Positions 7,518-18,733 of a stretch of DNA of 64,000 nucleotides are shown here, piece after piece. Each line of letters opens with the position of its first letter. The first letter of the stretch is position 1. Source of the DNA: an uncultured Saprospiraceae bacterium (lineage in GTDB: Bacteria > Bacteroidota > Bacteroidia > Chitinophagales > Saprospiraceae); NCBI GenBank assembly GCA_937941095.1, contig CALDYJ010000016.1:45843-109842 (forward strand). The letters run 5' to 3'. Both the position numbers and the translations under genes were made by a program. The notes beneath the pieces are model-generated. The model had not been told where the DNA came from and did no database searches. It was given only the letters and a program-made list of their open reading frames with translations.

Positions 7518-7532
7518 AATTTTTTAACCCTA

Positions 7533-7552
7533 TAGATACCGATTGGTATCTT
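7533..7552. promoter_or_regulatory. Second copy of the TetR-type operator (TAGATACC-gatt-GGTATCTT) upstream of the hydrolase gene
   Basis: It matches the reverse complement of 6901..6920 at 19 of 20 positions. It ends 10 nt before the ATG at 7563. Confidence 0.6.
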
Positions 7553-7562
7553 AATTTAAATT

Positions 7563-8387
7563 ATGGCTTTAATAAAAAAAATAATTAGCATTTACTTTAA
7601 ACTGCTAGCATACATAGCTCCCAAACAAGTAGGCAAACAAGCTTTTTATTTGTTTTGCATACCATTCAAAGCGAAGCTCAGTCCTAAACAGCAAGCTTAT
7701 TTAAATACAGCTGAACAAAAAGAATTATTCGTAGAAGATCAAAAAGTTGTTTGTTACAAATGGGGCCATGGTCCGAAAAAGATCTTAATGGTGCATGGTT
7801 GGCAAAGTAATGCATACAGGTGGAAGAATTACATCGAGCAGTTTAATCATGAGGACTATACTGTAATTTGTTTCGATGCCCCTGGTCACGGAAATTCTAA
7901 AGGATTATATTGCAATGTTCCTTTGTATGAGAAATCTCTTTCTGCAGTAGTAGATCATTATGGTACACCTGACAGTATACTCTCCCACTCTATTGGCGCT
8001 TTTTCCAGCATTTACTTCTTATACAAGAATGGTTTCAAAGTAGAAAAATTTGTTTCCTTGGCATCTCCATTCTCTGCTCAGCAATTTTTTAAAGTTTACA
8101 AAAAAGAATTGAACTTAAATCAAAAGATTGCCAAACACTTAGAAGCCTATTTTAATTATTATACTGGCCACCCTTCTGCCTATTTCTCATTAGAAGAATT
8201 TGCTCCAAATTTAAAAGCAAAAACTTTGATCATTCATGATAAAAAAGATAAGGTCACTCAAGTAGAAAACTCGATTCAATTAAATGAAATTGTTGACTCA
8301 TCTGAACTATGGGCGACTGAAGGTTATGGCCATGGTTTAAAAAACAATAAGGTTGTCACACGTGTAAGAGAATTTTTAGAATCATAG
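7563..8387 (+). CDS. Alpha/beta-fold hydrolase
   Basis: MVHGWQSNAYRW, DAPGHGNS, nucleophile elbow SHSIGA, and a late His in GYGHGL. Confidence 0.75.
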   Translation: MALIKKIISIYFKLLAYIAPKQVGKQAFYLFCIPFKAKLSPKQQAYLNTAEQKELFVEDQKVVCYKWGHGPKKILMVHGWQSNAYRWKNYIEQFNHEDYTVICFDAPGHGNSKGLYCNVPLYEKSLSAVVDHYGTPDSILSHSIGAFSSIYFLYKNGFKVEKFVSLASPFSAQQFFKVYKKELNLNQKIAKHLEAYFNYYTGHPSAYFSLEEFAPNLKAKTLIIHDKKDKVTQVENSIQLNEIVDSSELWATEGYGHGLKNNKVVTRVREFLES

Positions 8388-8401
8388 CAAGGCAATTTTT
8401 A

Positions 8402-9475
8402 TCATTGTGACAATTGCATCAATTCTATGGTGAGTTTACTGATCGCATTACTTGTCCCAGAAGTATTAGACAAAGCGACTACAACCAGTTTTTGACTAGG
8501 TACTATTATTAACTGAGTATTCGCACCAATTTGTCCTCCTCCGTGCCCTATGAGTGCATTTTCATTCCCTTTCTGTCCATAAAGAAACCAACCACATCCA
8601 TAAGGATTTCCATCTTTTGGTAGCACATCTACAGTTGTCATTTCTTGAAAAGATACTTCCGAAATAAGTGTATGATCAATAACAGCCTGTCCAAAATTAA
8701 GAAGATCACCCAAAGTGGTTTCCAAACCTCCTGCTGGAATCCTATTGCTCAAACTATAAGGTTCAAAAAGTTTAGCCTTTTTGTTCTTGCCTTTCTTGTG
8801 ATAACATTGAGACCTGTTTTCATTTTTAATGCTTCTGTTTTCCACGCTTGTGTTGGTCATTCCTGAAGGTTCCCAAATGTTCTTCAACATATAATCCTCA
8901 AAGCTCATCTGCGAAATCTCTTCAATGATTAGACCTAAGACCACATAACCATAAGTCGTATAAGCAAATTCAGTCCCAGGTTTAAATTTTAAAGGCCGAT
9001 CTTGGAAAACTTTAGCTGCGTCCTTCATTGTGGCATATTCCACTTCATTTAACTTTTCTTCTTTTTTTTCATAAGCCCCCATCCCAGAAGTATGTGCCAA
9101 TAACATTCTTGTTGTTATTATACCCTCTGGGTGTTCAGGATAGAAAGGAATATAGGTTTGAATTTTGAGGTCGAGATCCAGTTGACCTTTTTCAACCAAT
9201 TGCATGCATGCCACAGCAGTCATAGGCTTCGCCAATGATGCTACCCTTGTTAAAGTGTTTTCATCAAATGGTTTTTGAGTTTCAGCATCTCGATAACCAG
9301 CAGATTGTGACCAAACAATTTTACCATTTATTGAATAGGCCGCAAGCATTCCTAGGTGACCATCGTCTTGAAATACTTTTTTGAATTTGGCATTTTGCTC
9401 TTCGAATGGGCTTTGTGCATTCACATGAAATGAATAGGCAAGCATCAATAAAAAAGAAAGAAATAACTTATACAT
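8402..9475 (-). CDS. Secreted serine hydrolase, beta-lactamase (class C / PBP4-like) family
   Basis: Signal peptide MYKLFLSFLLMLAYSFHVNAQ. SxxK motif in VASLAKPMT, and HGGGQIG near the C-terminus. Confidence 0.8.
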   Translation of the reverse strand: MYKLFLSFLLMLAYSFHVNAQSPFEEQNAKFKKVFQDDGHLGMLAAYSINGKIVWSQSAGYRDAETQKPFDENTLTRVASLAKPMTAVACMQLVEKGQLDLDLKIQTYIPFYPEHPEGIITTRMLLAHTSGMGAYEKKEEKLNEVEYATMKDAAKVFQDRPLKFKPGTEFAYTTYGYVVLGLIIEEISQMSFEDYMLKNIWEPSGMTNTSVENRSIKNENRSQCYHKKGKNKKAKLFEPYSLSNRIPAGGLETTLGDLLNFGQAVIDHTLISEVSFQEMTTVDVLPKDGNPYGCGWFLYGQKGNENALIGHGGGQIGANTQLIIVPSQKLVVVALSNTSGTSNAISKLTIELMQLSQ

Positions 9476-9945
9476 AATGCATTTTCTTTTTAATTAACAA
9501 TGATTCAAATGGTGGAAATAATTGTAAACAGAAAAAGCACAATTTTATTTTTCTGATAAGCTGGTCATTCAAAGGATTAGACTAATTCTTTATAGGTTCA
9601 CCTAATCTGTCTAGAATTAATTTCTCTTTGCTTGGATAAGTATTATAAATTAATCCACCTTCCTTATTAATCCTATTCTTTGAATCGGTCAGTAAAATTG
9701 GTAAGTTGCTTTTTAAAACAGTGCTTATTCCATCATTTTCATTAAAGAGAACGTTTTAAGATAAAAGTTGCAAATTTGGAGAGGTTCATTTTAGGAATGT
9801 CTTGCATTGGAGATTCACTATGTGATTGATTCGTATAATTTTTGAGGAGTTTGTTTAAAATGCTGAGTTGATGAATAAAAATGCTAGTAAAGTTTTCATT
9901 AAATAAATGTAATGAAAAGTAAATTCCTAATTAGGTTAAATCAAT

Positions 9946-11340
9946 CTAAGCTTTTAAAAATCCATTAATTTTTGAAACCGAATCTTTTGCATCACCATAA
10001 AGCATGTCCGTATTGTCATTAAAAAACAAAGGATTTTGTACCCCGGCATAACCTGTTGCCATTGATCGTTTCATCACAATTACTTTTTTAGCATTCCAAA
10101 CTTGAATGACAGGCATTCCATAAATCGCAGAGTTTGGATCATCTTCGGCACCAGGATTGACAATATCGTTAGCACCTATGACCAATACAATATCTGTTTC
10201 TGGAAGGTCTTCATTGATCTCTTCCATTTCCATAACGATGTCATAAGGTACATTGGCTTCAGCCAATAAAACATTCATGTGACCTGGTAATCTTCCTGCA
10301 ACAGGATGAATTCCAAATTCAACTTTTTTTCCATCCTTTTTCAAATGTTCTACCATTTCGTGAACTGGAAACTGAGCTTTGGCAACAGCCATACCATAAC
10401 CTGGAACAATTACCACAGATTTAGCATCATTTAAAAATCCTGCAACTTCTTCATGATTAACGGAAGTAACTTCACCAGTAACTTCTCTCGCAGGACCTGT
10501 TGGCGCTGCTCCAAATCCTCCAAAGATTACAGAAATAAAAGAGCGATTCATTGCTTCACACATAATAATAGAAAGAATAGCACCCGAGCTTCCAACTAAA
10601 GCACCTGTTACAATTAATAGATCATTACCCAGCATAAATCCTGCTGCCGCTGCTGCCCAACCTGAATAAGAATTAAGCATGGAAACTACCACTGGCATAT
10701 CTGCCCCACCAATAGCCATAACTAACATCACTCCAATAAAACAAGCTATGGCTGTCATAACGTACAAGTACATCATTCCTCCAGTTCCAGATGCTTTCGC
10801 AAAAAACACCCCAAGCACTATACAGCCAATTACCAATAATATATTCACTAAATGACGTCCTGGATAGACTAACGGCTTGCTTCTTATTTTTCCATCTAAT
10901 TTACCCCAAGCAATGATGGAACCTGTAAATGTAATTGCGCCAATAAAGACACCAATAAAAATCTCTGTCAAGTGTATGTTGTGATCTACACCTGTTAGTG
11001 CTTGTGTGTGAGGGTCTAAATAAGAACCAAATCCAACCAATACTGCTGCTAAACCTACAAAACTATGCAAGATGGCAACAAGCTGAGGCATTGATGTCAT
11101 TTCTACTTTTCGTGCCACCAAAATACCAATAATGGAGGCGATCAGTATCGCTGCAATAATCCAGGTATGTCCTTCTACACCTTCTCCTAAAACAGTAGAT
11201 AAAATAGCTATGATCATTCCGATGATGCCATACATGACTCCTCTTTTTGCGGATTCCTGAGAAGATAATCCACCAAGGCTAAGTATAAAAAGTATGCTGG
11301 CAAATAAATAAGATGCGAGTTGTATATTTCCTGAGATCAT
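9946..11340 (-). CDS. pntB: NAD(P) transhydrogenase subunit beta
   Basis: Polytopic N-terminal half plus the conserved C-terminal NADP(H) domain ([48 protein letters not shown]). It sits directly downstream of pntA. Confidence 0.9.
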   Translation of the reverse strand: MISGNIQLASYLFASILFILSLGGLSSQESAKRGVMYGIIGMIIAILSTVLGEGVEGHTWIIAAILIASIIGILVARKVEMTSMPQLVAILHSFVGLAAVLVGFGSYLDPHTQALTGVDHNIHLTEIFIGVFIGAITFTGSIIAWGKLDGKIRSKPLVYPGRHLVNILLVIGCIVLGVFFAKASGTGGMMYLYVMTAIACFIGVMLVMAIGGADMPVVVSMLNSYSGWAAAAAGFMLGNDLLIVTGALVGSSGAILSIIMCEAMNRSFISVIFGGFGAAPTGPAREVTGEVTSVNHEEVAGFLNDAKSVVIVPGYGMAVAKAQFPVHEMVEHLKKDGKKVEFGIHPVAGRLPGHMNVLLAEANVPYDIVMEMEEINEDLPETDIVLVIGANDIVNPGAEDDPNSAIYGMPVIQVWNAKKVIVMKRSMATGYAGVQNPLFFNDNTDMLYGDAKDSVSKINGFLKA

Positions 11341-11343
11341 AAT

Positions 11344-12882
11344 TTATTTTCTAAACATTTTCAACATACGATGAGTAACAACAAAGCCTCCAACGATATT
11401 GATACTTGCCACTAAAATGGCTATAAAAGCTAAGATGGTCATTGGATTAGACAGATCATTGGTGGTTTGTAAAAGACCACCGATGATAATGATGCCTGAG
11501 ATTGCATTTGTAACGGCCATCAAAGGTGTGTGCAAGGAATGAGAAACATTCCAGATCACCTGCCAACCAATGAAGACTGATAATACAAAGACGGTAAAGT
11601 GTTGCATAAAATCTGAGGGTGCAACCATGCCTAAACCATAAAGCACGGCTCCTATTATCCCAAGTGTAATGGCCATTCGAATTGTTTTCTTTTTGGCTAA
11701 TTCTTCTTCACTCGGTAAAGCTATAAGTGGTGCTTCTTCTGTGACTGCTTTTGTTTTTTGAGGACTAACCGGTAAAGGCTTTGGTGGCCAATTGATGTTC
11801 CCATTATGAGTCACCATAGCTCTGGAAACCACATCATCTTCCATGTCTATTTTAAAATTTTCAGCTTTACCCATGTCATCCAATAGATGGCAAAGATTAT
11901 TTCCATACAATTGACTTGCTTGAGAAGGAAGTTGATCCAACTTGCCTACAATGGTTACACCATTGTCAGTAGTGTATACTTCACCATTTTTAGTCAAGAC
12001 ACAATTTCCTCCGCTTGAAGCTGCTAAATCAACAATCACTGATCCTGGTTTCATTGCAGCCACATGATAGTCTAAAATTAATTTGGGAGCTTCTCTTCCA
12101 GGAATCTGAGCAGTCGTAATGATGATGTCAACCTCTTTCGCTTGCTCCTTAAACAATAACATTTCTGCTTCAATAAATTCCTTACTCATCACTTTAGAAT
12201 AACCAGAGGCTGTGGCGCCATCTTCTTCTATTTCTACAGTCAAGAAGTCGGCACCCATGCTCTCTATTTGTTCTGCAACTTCTTTTCTGGTGTCGAAAGC
12301 TCTCACGATTGCTCCTAATGATCGGGCTGTTCCTATGGCAGCTAAGCCAGCAACTCCAGCTCCGATGACAAGCACTTTTGCTGGGTTTACTTTTCCAGCT
12401 GCAGTAATTTGTCCATTTAAAAATCTTCCAAAATAATTGGCTCCTTCGATGACAGAACGATAGCCTGCAATGTTAGCCATAGAAGAAAGTACGTCCATCT
12501 TCTGTGCTCGGGATATTCTTGGAATTGCATCCATGGCAATGGCATTGACTTTCTGATCGGCCAACTTTTGAAGCAATTCTTTATTCTGAGCGGGATATAA
12601 ATAGGACAGCATGACTTGGCCTTCACGCATCATGTCTATTTCTTCATGGCTTACCGCCAATACTTTCAATATGATGTCAGTGCTGAAATACAATTCTTTC
12701 GCTGAAGGTATGATGGCTGCGCCAGCAGCTTTATAAGATTCATCAGAAAAATTTGCTTTCTCGCCAGCACCAGATTCTACATAAACTTCAAAACCTTGTT
12801 TGAGGAGTCTCTTTACTGTTTTCGGAGTAGCTCCAACCCGTGATTCATTTGGGTTGATCTCCTTTGGAATTCCAACTTTCAT
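11344..12882 (-). CDS. pntA: NAD(P) transhydrogenase subunit alpha (fused alpha1 + membrane alpha2)
   Basis: Alanine-dehydrogenase-like N-terminus ([39 protein letters not shown]) plus C-terminal TM helices. ATG at 12882 is preferred over the track TTG at 12885. Confidence 0.9.
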   Translation of the reverse strand: MKVGIPKEINPNESRVGATPKTVKRLLKQGFEVYVESGAGEKANFSDESYKAAGAAIIPSAKELYFSTDIILKVLAVSHEEIDMMREGQVMLSYLYPAQNKELLQKLADQKVNAIAMDAIPRISRAQKMDVLSSMANIAGYRSVIEGANYFGRFLNGQITAAGKVNPAKVLVIGAGVAGLAAIGTARSLGAIVRAFDTRKEVAEQIESMGADFLTVEIEEDGATASGYSKVMSKEFIEAEMLLFKEQAKEVDIIITTAQIPGREAPKLILDYHVAAMKPGSVIVDLAASSGGNCVLTKNGEVYTTDNGVTIVGKLDQLPSQASQLYGNNLCHLLDDMGKAENFKIDMEDDVVSRAMVTHNGNINWPPKPLPVSPQKTKAVTEEAPLIALPSEEELAKKKTIRMAITLGIIGAVLYGLGMVAPSDFMQHFTVFVLSVFIGWQVIWNVSHSLHTPLMAVTNAISGIIIIGGLLQTTNDLSNPMTILAFIAILVASINIVGGFVVTHRMLKMFRK

Positions 12883-13202
12883 CAAATGTGTGATTGTGTG
12901 ACTTTGGATAATTTGAAATACCTTACATATATAGAATATATTTAGGGCTTTTCATATTAATTAGGCTACGAATTTGGAAAATGTTTGACGAAATGCTCCG
13001 CTGGCAAAACAATTAATGAATTTTACCTTCCTAGTGAAATGAAAATTGTGATTCTCTTTTGAATTAATCCTTTTATTATTAGAGTAGCTAGATTTGTACT
13101 TTATGATCCAAAAGGCTGCAAAATTTACAAAACATTTTCTACTTTCTTTTGCTGCTAAAGCTATTTACTTATCCAAAATTTACATCCAGAATTGATGTCC
13201 TG

Positions 13203-14621
13203 TCATTGTCCACCACATCCATCAATTTTGATTTCGAATATTGCACCTAATTCAATTTCAAAACCATTGTCCAAACATATTTTAGTCCCAGAATCATAAA
13301 TAACAGAATTACCATTCGTGATTTTTTGATCAGATTCTATCATGCCAAAAGTTTCATAATTTGCATTGGAACTTACTGTCCCAGTCAGATGATTCCCATT
13401 AGAATACGAATAGGACAAAGGACAAGAACATAAATTATTTGAGTACGAAAACTCATAAGTCGAAGTCGTTCCTTTATAATCTGCTTCTAAGGTCCAAGTT
13501 CCATATGGGCCAGAAGAAGGTAGATTCCATGACCAATACCACCAAGATCCAGAATAAGTCCCTGGAGAAGTATGCGTCCAAGAATTCCATACATTATTAT
13601 TTGGATCTCTCAAGCGCATGTTCGTGACATCACCGCTTAGTTGATCTCTATAATAAAAAGCAGTATATATTGTTTGACCAGGATTAAAACAATTTGCAAA
13701 ACTTGGCACTTCTGTATTTGAGCATCCTTGAACAGGAACAGCTGAGTGGGTGAGTAATGCATTAAGGGTCGACACCCGATAGGCTTGCTGATTAGACCAC
13801 CATGAACTAGTATTTAAAGAATTACATGCACCCGAAAATGGATCAATTAAATTATCCATTGCATCATATAATTCAAAATGCAAATGAGGGCCAGTTGAAC
13901 ACCCTGAACTAGCTACTATACCTAAGTATTCACCTTTTGCAACAGTTTGTCCTACTGTTTTGGAAGTCAATGCATTTTTCTTCAGATGTCCATACCAAGC
14001 TTCAGAACCATCGGCATGAGCAATGTAAACAGCATTCCAATTACCTGAACATGAACAATTGTTATCAACGTTTCCATCATCAATTCCTATTATTGTTCCT
14101 GCAGCAGCTGCCACAACTTCAACTATTGAATTTTCATATTGATACCATTCAAAGGGCCATAGTGAAATATCTATTCCTTGATGATTGTATCCTCCATTGG
14201 TATCATATGTTCTATTGCCACAATCATAGTCTAAATTAGTTGATCCAAATTGATTAAAAGAAGCAGAACCTACGTTTGGATTGTGATCCACATAATTAGA
14301 AATGGTATAATAGCTTTTAAACTGTTGGTTGGAAATCATTTGTAAAGGCCAATCCAAAATTACAATGGAATTGTTCTTAATTTTTAAAAAGCCTTCATTC
14401 AGTAAATGATTTTTATTTTTTTTAAGCCTCTTTTTAAGATTTGCTCTTTGGTTTTCATTTAAACACTGTTGTTTTTTCAAATTAATTTGTTCTACATTAT
14501 TGTAAGCCTCTTGTGTCTGAGCAAAAATTGAATTAATAAGAAGAAAAGAAATAAAAAGTTGAGCGAAAGTGCTTCGTAATAAAAAGAGTGAAGTGGTAAA
14601 ATTAGACACTGATTGAAGCAA
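13203..14621 (-). CDS. Secreted M23-family (LytM-type) metallopeptidase with C-terminal extension
   Basis: HQGIDIS (HxxxD) and GPHLHFELYD (HxH) motifs. Hydrophobic signal-like N-terminus. The track start is TTG, so the start is uncertain. Confidence 0.7.
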   Translation of the reverse strand: MLQSVSNFTTSLFLLRSTFAQLFISFLLINSIFAQTQEAYNNVEQINLKKQQCLNENQRANLKKRLKKNKNHLLNEGFLKIKNNSIVILDWPLQMISNQQFKSYYTISNYVDHNPNVGSASFNQFGSTNLDYDCGNRTYDTNGGYNHQGIDISLWPFEWYQYENSIVEVVAAAAGTIIGIDDGNVDNNCSCSGNWNAVYIAHADGSEAWYGHLKKNALTSKTVGQTVAKGEYLGIVASSGCSTGPHLHFELYDAMDNLIDPFSGACNSLNTSSWWSNQQAYRVSTLNALLTHSAVPVQGCSNTEVPSFANCFNPGQTIYTAFYYRDQLSGDVTNMRLRDPNNNVWNSWTHTSPGTYSGSWWYWSWNLPSSGPYGTWTLEADYKGTTSTYEFSYSNNLCSCPLSYSYSNGNHLTGTVSSNANYETFGMIESDQKITNGNSVIYDSGTKICLDNGFEIELGAIFEIKIDGCGGQ

Positions 14622-14711
14622 AACTGTAGGTTTTATGTATTGTTTTGACTAAAGTTAATCATTTTGCTTAGCAATTTGCCATACTTAAAATCTAGAATTT
14701 AAGTATGGTAC

Positions 14712-14740
14712 AAAAAAAGACCCGTCATAAATGACAGGTC
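14712..14740 (-). terminator. Rho-independent terminator of the cold-shock gene
   Basis: The minus strand reads GACCUGUCAU-UU-AUGACGGGUC followed by U7. It is a 10-bp stem with one G-U pair, 29 nt after the stop codon. Confidence 0.65.
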
Positions 14741-14768
14741 CGTATAAGTTGAGAATTAAAATGCTAGC

Positions 14769-14963
14769 TTATACCTTAGAGACATTAACTGCATTTAATC
14801 CTTTTTGTCCTTCTTCCACATCAAAAGAGACCTTGTCTCCTTCAGTAATTTGGAGACCGTTTAATCCATTTGCATGAACAAAAACATCTCTTCCACCATC
14901 ATCTGGTGTAATAAAACCGAATCCTTTTGATTCGTTGAAAAATTTAACTGTACCGTTACTCAT
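14769..14963 (-). CDS. Cold-shock protein (CspA family)
   Basis: [30 protein letters not shown] contains the RNP1/RNP2 motifs. The protein is 64 aa. Confidence 0.92.
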   Translation of the reverse strand: MSNGTVKFFNESKGFGFITPDDGGRDVFVHANGLNGLQITEGDKVSFDVEEGQKGLNAVNVSKV

Positions 14964-15019
14964 TATTAAAAATATAAAATGTTAAAAAGGCGGGATATTA
15001 TCTTAATAGCCCTACCACA

Positions 15020-15027
15020 CAAATATA
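15020..15027 (-). promoter_or_regulatory. Putative -7 box (TATATTTG) for the cold-shock gene
   Basis: The plus strand caaatata is the reverse complement of TAnnTTTG. It lies ~57 nt upstream of the ATG. Confidence 0.3.
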
Positions 15028-15488
15028 ACAGCTATTGTTTAGAATTAGTTCTATTCTAACTAATATTATTTAATTTCTATGGCCATCACCTTGTACATGG
15101 AGTCTTTAAAACAGGACAAAATCAAAATTTATTACTGAAATTTTTGAGAAAATTTCATTTTTAGTTTGCTTTTGTCAAAAAAAATAATAAAAAATTCTGT
15201 TTTTTATTTGATGATTAATACCATTTTATTTTAAATTTTTCATCCATTTTTCGAAATTTCAAGTCCGAAATTAGGATTTTCTCATTTGGAGCTAAGTCTT
15301 CTAATAGCCAAGAATACAGAGTCTGATGGCCTTCAATTAATGTAGGACGATCAGCTTTCCTTGCTTTACCAGAGTAAATGCCTCTACTTCAGCCTCCATG
15401 ATTACAATTTTCATTGACGCTAAATCATACTCCGACTAAGGTGCTTGAAGCATCTTTAGGCTCAATTCTGAAGATTAAGTAAGATAAG

Positions 15489-15986
15489 CTATTTTGCATC
15501 TGGGGATCTTTCAATTGAGCTTGCATGATCATTAATCACGTACCATTCGCCTTCATCTTTTTCCAAGACATAAGAAACTTGCATTCTATTAAAATATGGT
15601 TTCCCATTTCTTTCTGGCTCTTTATAAAGACTTTCGACAATCGCTAAACCCATTGATTTTCCAATTTCCGTATGTATGACTTTTGACTCCATGGTCCACA
15701 AAGAATCTTGGAACCATTCTTCATGAAAATCCACAAACCCACTAACAGAGTTAATAATTTCTGAGCCTTGCATTATTAACTTCATTTTGCCTTTTGGAGA
15801 AAGTGTACTTTTTAAAGAAAGTAAATCTTTGCTAACAACAGCATCTAAATGCTTTTGAATGGCCTTTTTAAAATCTTGCTTATTCTTTATTTGAGATACT
15901 TCAAGATTGTCAAGCTCTTTATTGTTTGAGCATGAAAATGTACAAAACAATAAACATACACTTATAAGCAAAATTGTATTATGCAT
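15489..15986 (-). CDS. Lipoprotein, NTF2/SnoaL-like (DUF4440-like) fold suspected
   Basis: Lipobox-like LLFCTFSC. The size and C-terminal EGEWYVINDHAS pattern are typical of NTF2-like small proteins. The family call is weak. Confidence 0.45.
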   Translation of the reverse strand: MHNTILLISVCLLFCTFSCSNNKELDNLEVSQIKNKQDFKKAIQKHLDAVVSKDLLSLKSTLSPKGKMKLIMQGSEIINSVSGFVDFHEEWFQDSLWTMESKVIHTEIGKSMGLAIVESLYKEPERNGKPYFNRMQVSYVLEKDEGEWYVINDHASSIERSPDAK

Positions 15987-16002
15987 AGGGTGTAAAATAA
16001 TT

Positions 16003-16578
16003 TTATTTCAAGTTAATTCCTAATTTGTTGACTTTTAGAATCCATTTTTTTCTTTTCTCTCCTGTTGAAAAACGAATGTTACCAAAAGAAATTGAACGTA
16101 CTTTTTTATTGCCGATAAACTTTCTAGTAAAGGTACTTAGAGCACCATATCTTGGAGACTTATAAATAAGATGATCGTTGGATGAGGCTTGTCCAAAAGT
16201 GGATAAAAAAAGTACGGATTTGTCTTTAAAGTATTGCTGCCATTTCTTTGAGTCTTTTATAAAATTTAAATCAAAATTTGCACTTAACACTCTATCTAAA
16301 AAAACTTTCAACAAGACTGGATAAGCTCCTGACAATATTGGGAATACCCAAACCAAGTGATCCGCCCATTCTAATTTAGCTTGCGCATCTAGCAGATCTG
16401 GCTCTAAACATAAACTCTTCCCATAAGCATCTTTTAAATTGAAATCAAATTTTAAATTACGGAGCGCCAGGTGTGTAACCTTTGCTCCACTTTGCTCTGC
16501 TCCTGAACTGTAAGCCTTCGTCAAATCGCTTGAAAAGCTATCTTCTCGAGGATGCCCATTGATGATTAATATATTCAT
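16003..16578 (-). CDS. Flavodoxin-like NAD(P)H dehydrogenase (quinone) family protein
   Basis: MNILIINGHPREDSFSSDL N-terminus and the ADHLVWVFPI pattern are typical of the Flavodoxin_2 / NQO family. Confidence 0.7.
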   Translation of the reverse strand: MNILIINGHPREDSFSSDLTKAYSSGAEQSGAKVTHLALRNLKFDFNLKDAYGKSLCLEPDLLDAQAKLEWADHLVWVFPILSGAYPVLLKVFLDRVLSANFDLNFIKDSKKWQQYFKDKSVLFLSTFGQASSNDHLIYKSPRYGALSTFTRKFIGNKKVRSISFGNIRFSTGEKRKKWILKVNKLGINLK

Positions 16579-16590
16579 TCTGACTCAGTA

Positions 16591-17874
16591 TTATTTATTT
16601 TTGAACTTCATTCTTCCGCCGACTTTTACGGTAAAATTATTTTCCAAGTATGGATTTGCTGCAAGCCAGCCATCAGACTTTAAACTTAGGTCGATATAAG
16701 GCAGAAATTTTTTAAAAGGAGGAGAAAATTGTACTTGCAAAAAGCCGCCTAGTTTTTTATTTGTATCATAAAACAATTGATTGCTTGGTTGTTGCCAGCC
16801 AGCTAGTCTGATCATCCCCCAGTTGTTTCTCAACTCTATCTCTAAGCCTAAAAATGAATTGTTTTCATTCCTGTAAATTTTTGGGCTAAAAATACCACCT
16901 AACTTTTTATTTTTAAAAAACACATTGCCGCCGACCATAAATCCAAAAGAAGTCATGTGATGTCGCATTGAAAAATTGAATTTTGTTTTAGTGCCAAGTT
17001 CATCAATTCCTAAAAGATTTAGATCAATAAAATTTAATAAAGAAAGTTTAAATTGATTGTTTAAAAAACCTTGAGCCTCCTCCGATAAATCATTGAATTC
17101 AACATACCTGTCTACTCCGATGCCAGAAGGATGTGTTCCTCTTTCTGTATATGAAATAAAAGGATTAAACAAGTCATAAGTGGCATTAATTGGATCATAC
17201 CCATTAGCATCTCTTTTGAGTATGTTTTCATTCTCACTGTTTTTAAATTTGACCAAAGGTTTAGAACCCTTTTGAGTAGAACCAAAGAGATAAAATGAAT
17301 TGACGAGGTAATTGCCCCAATATAAACCATAATTCCAAGTAGTTACTTCGTTAAAAAACACATCCTTTTCGATGGCTAATACAAATTCTAAATTCCCTTC
17401 ACTTCCTGCAGTTGCCTCTCTGACCAGTGCTGAAGGATTATCTAACTTAAAATGGACTAGATCTTCGTCCTTTACTCCTCTGACACTATTTGACCAAAAG
17501 GTGTTTCTACTTTCGATTTCGTATAGAGACAAAATAGATCGATGATATTCTTCATGTAACCAAGTATTTGAGAAAGGAATAGGGGCAAAATCAACTATTG
17601 ACATTATAACTTTACTCCAAACATCTCCATTCTTACCTAAGTGCCTTTTACCAAAAAGTTCGATTCCAAAATGAGTAGCAAAATAAAAGCTTTTTGACAA
17701 TTGGACTGATTGGTCCATTGATGCTGTTGGAAATTCTGCTTTAAAATTATATGGATATTCTATAAATGGTAAATCAATGTAGAATTGAAGTGTGTCATTC
17801 TTTTGGGCAAACACAAAATCTACCATCAGCAGAAAACAAAAACAGCATGTTACATTTAAAGTAAAGGGTCTCAT
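16591..17874 (-). CDS. Hypothetical secreted / outer-membrane protein
   Basis: Signal peptide ending VFAQ. Aromatic-rich alternating C-terminal half ending FTVKVGGRMKFKNK. No family recognised. Confidence 0.45.
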   Translation of the reverse strand: MRPFTLNVTCCFCFLLMVDFVFAQKNDTLQFYIDLPFIEYPYNFKAEFPTASMDQSVQLSKSFYFATHFGIELFGKRHLGKNGDVWSKVIMSIVDFAPIPFSNTWLHEEYHRSILSLYEIESRNTFWSNSVRGVKDEDLVHFKLDNPSALVREATAGSEGNLEFVLAIEKDVFFNEVTTWNYGLYWGNYLVNSFYLFGSTQKGSKPLVKFKNSENENILKRDANGYDPINATYDLFNPFISYTERGTHPSGIGVDRYVEFNDLSEEAQGFLNNQFKLSLLNFIDLNLLGIDELGTKTKFNFSMRHHMTSFGFMVGGNVFFKNKKLGGIFSPKIYRNENNSFLGLEIELRNNWGMIRLAGWQQPSNQLFYDTNKKLGGFLQVQFSPPFKKFLPYIDLSLKSDGWLAANPYLENNFTVKVGGRMKFKNK

Positions 17875-17982
17875 AAACTTATTTTTTAAGCTTGCATTAG
17901 CAAGAGCTAATTAATTTGCAAGATTTAAAACAAAGTTATTTGACTACTTCATTATATTCATTAACAAATGTTAAGAAATATT

Positions 17983-18564
17983 CTATTCATAATTTCTTGC
18001 TATTTCTTTGCGAATTCTGCTTAAAGAAACATTTGTGATGCCCAAATATGAGGAAATGTAAGAGTGTGGAATAAGGTTTTCTAAGGAGGAATACTGATCT
18101 CTGAAATCAATTAATCTTTCTTTGGCATTCATGGAATTTTGATTAATCTCTTTCGCAACCTTTTGTTGCAATTCGCCCTGTAGAACTGCATTAGCCCAAA
18201 CTTCAATCTCTTTATGTTCTTTCATTAGATTCATTAAATCTTCATTTCTGAAGATCAATAATCTAACATTTGTTATGGCTTGTAAATTGAGAATAGAATG
18301 ATTTGCATTTGTCCTAGTTACATTTGGAGAAACTGGTTTATTTGGAGTAAAAAAAGAAAGCGTAATTTCTGCTCCAAAGTTATCTAGAAAATAACTCCTA
18401 CAGATTCCTTCGACAATCCAATATTCCATTTTATTTTCTCGATCTTTCTCCACAAAGTTTGTTCCTTTTTCAAAAGAAACTATATCCATTATCTCAGAAA
18501 GTATTTTTGAAGAGCAATGTGATAGAAAAAATTTATTGCTGATGTATGAAGATATATCTTTCAT
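17983..18564 (-). CDS. Crp/Fnr-family transcriptional regulator
   Basis: cNMP-binding-like N-terminal domain and a C-terminal HTH (ISSYLGITNVSLSRIRKEI). Confidence 0.75.
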   Translation of the reverse strand: MKDISSYISNKFFLSHCSSKILSEIMDIVSFEKGTNFVEKDRENKMEYWIVEGICRSYFLDNFGAEITLSFFTPNKPVSPNVTRTNANHSILNLQAITNVRLLIFRNEDLMNLMKEHKEIEVWANAVLQGELQQKVAKEINQNSMNAKERLIDFRDQYSSLENLIPHSYISSYLGITNVSLSRIRKEIARNYE

Positions 18565-18733
18565 AAATTACTTTATTTAATATGTAAACCTAATATCATC
18601 TCCCTTTGTAAATACAATGCATTTCATTTTTAGTTGCATGCATACAAATGAAGAATTCTTGAAAAATTCAATACCTTTGGAATAGGTAAAAAATTATTAC
18701 GATTAATGAGTTAAATCGAAAGACGTCTTTAGT

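Noticed and set aside
15290-15480. Possible gene remnant: a minus-strand frame reads GIYSGKARKADRPTLIEGHQTLYSWLLED, faintly like a thiamine-enzyme (transketolase/E1) PTLIE segment
   Set aside because: The resemblance rests on a 5-6-residue patch. There is no start codon and no extended frame, so the evidence is too weak to call a pseudogene.
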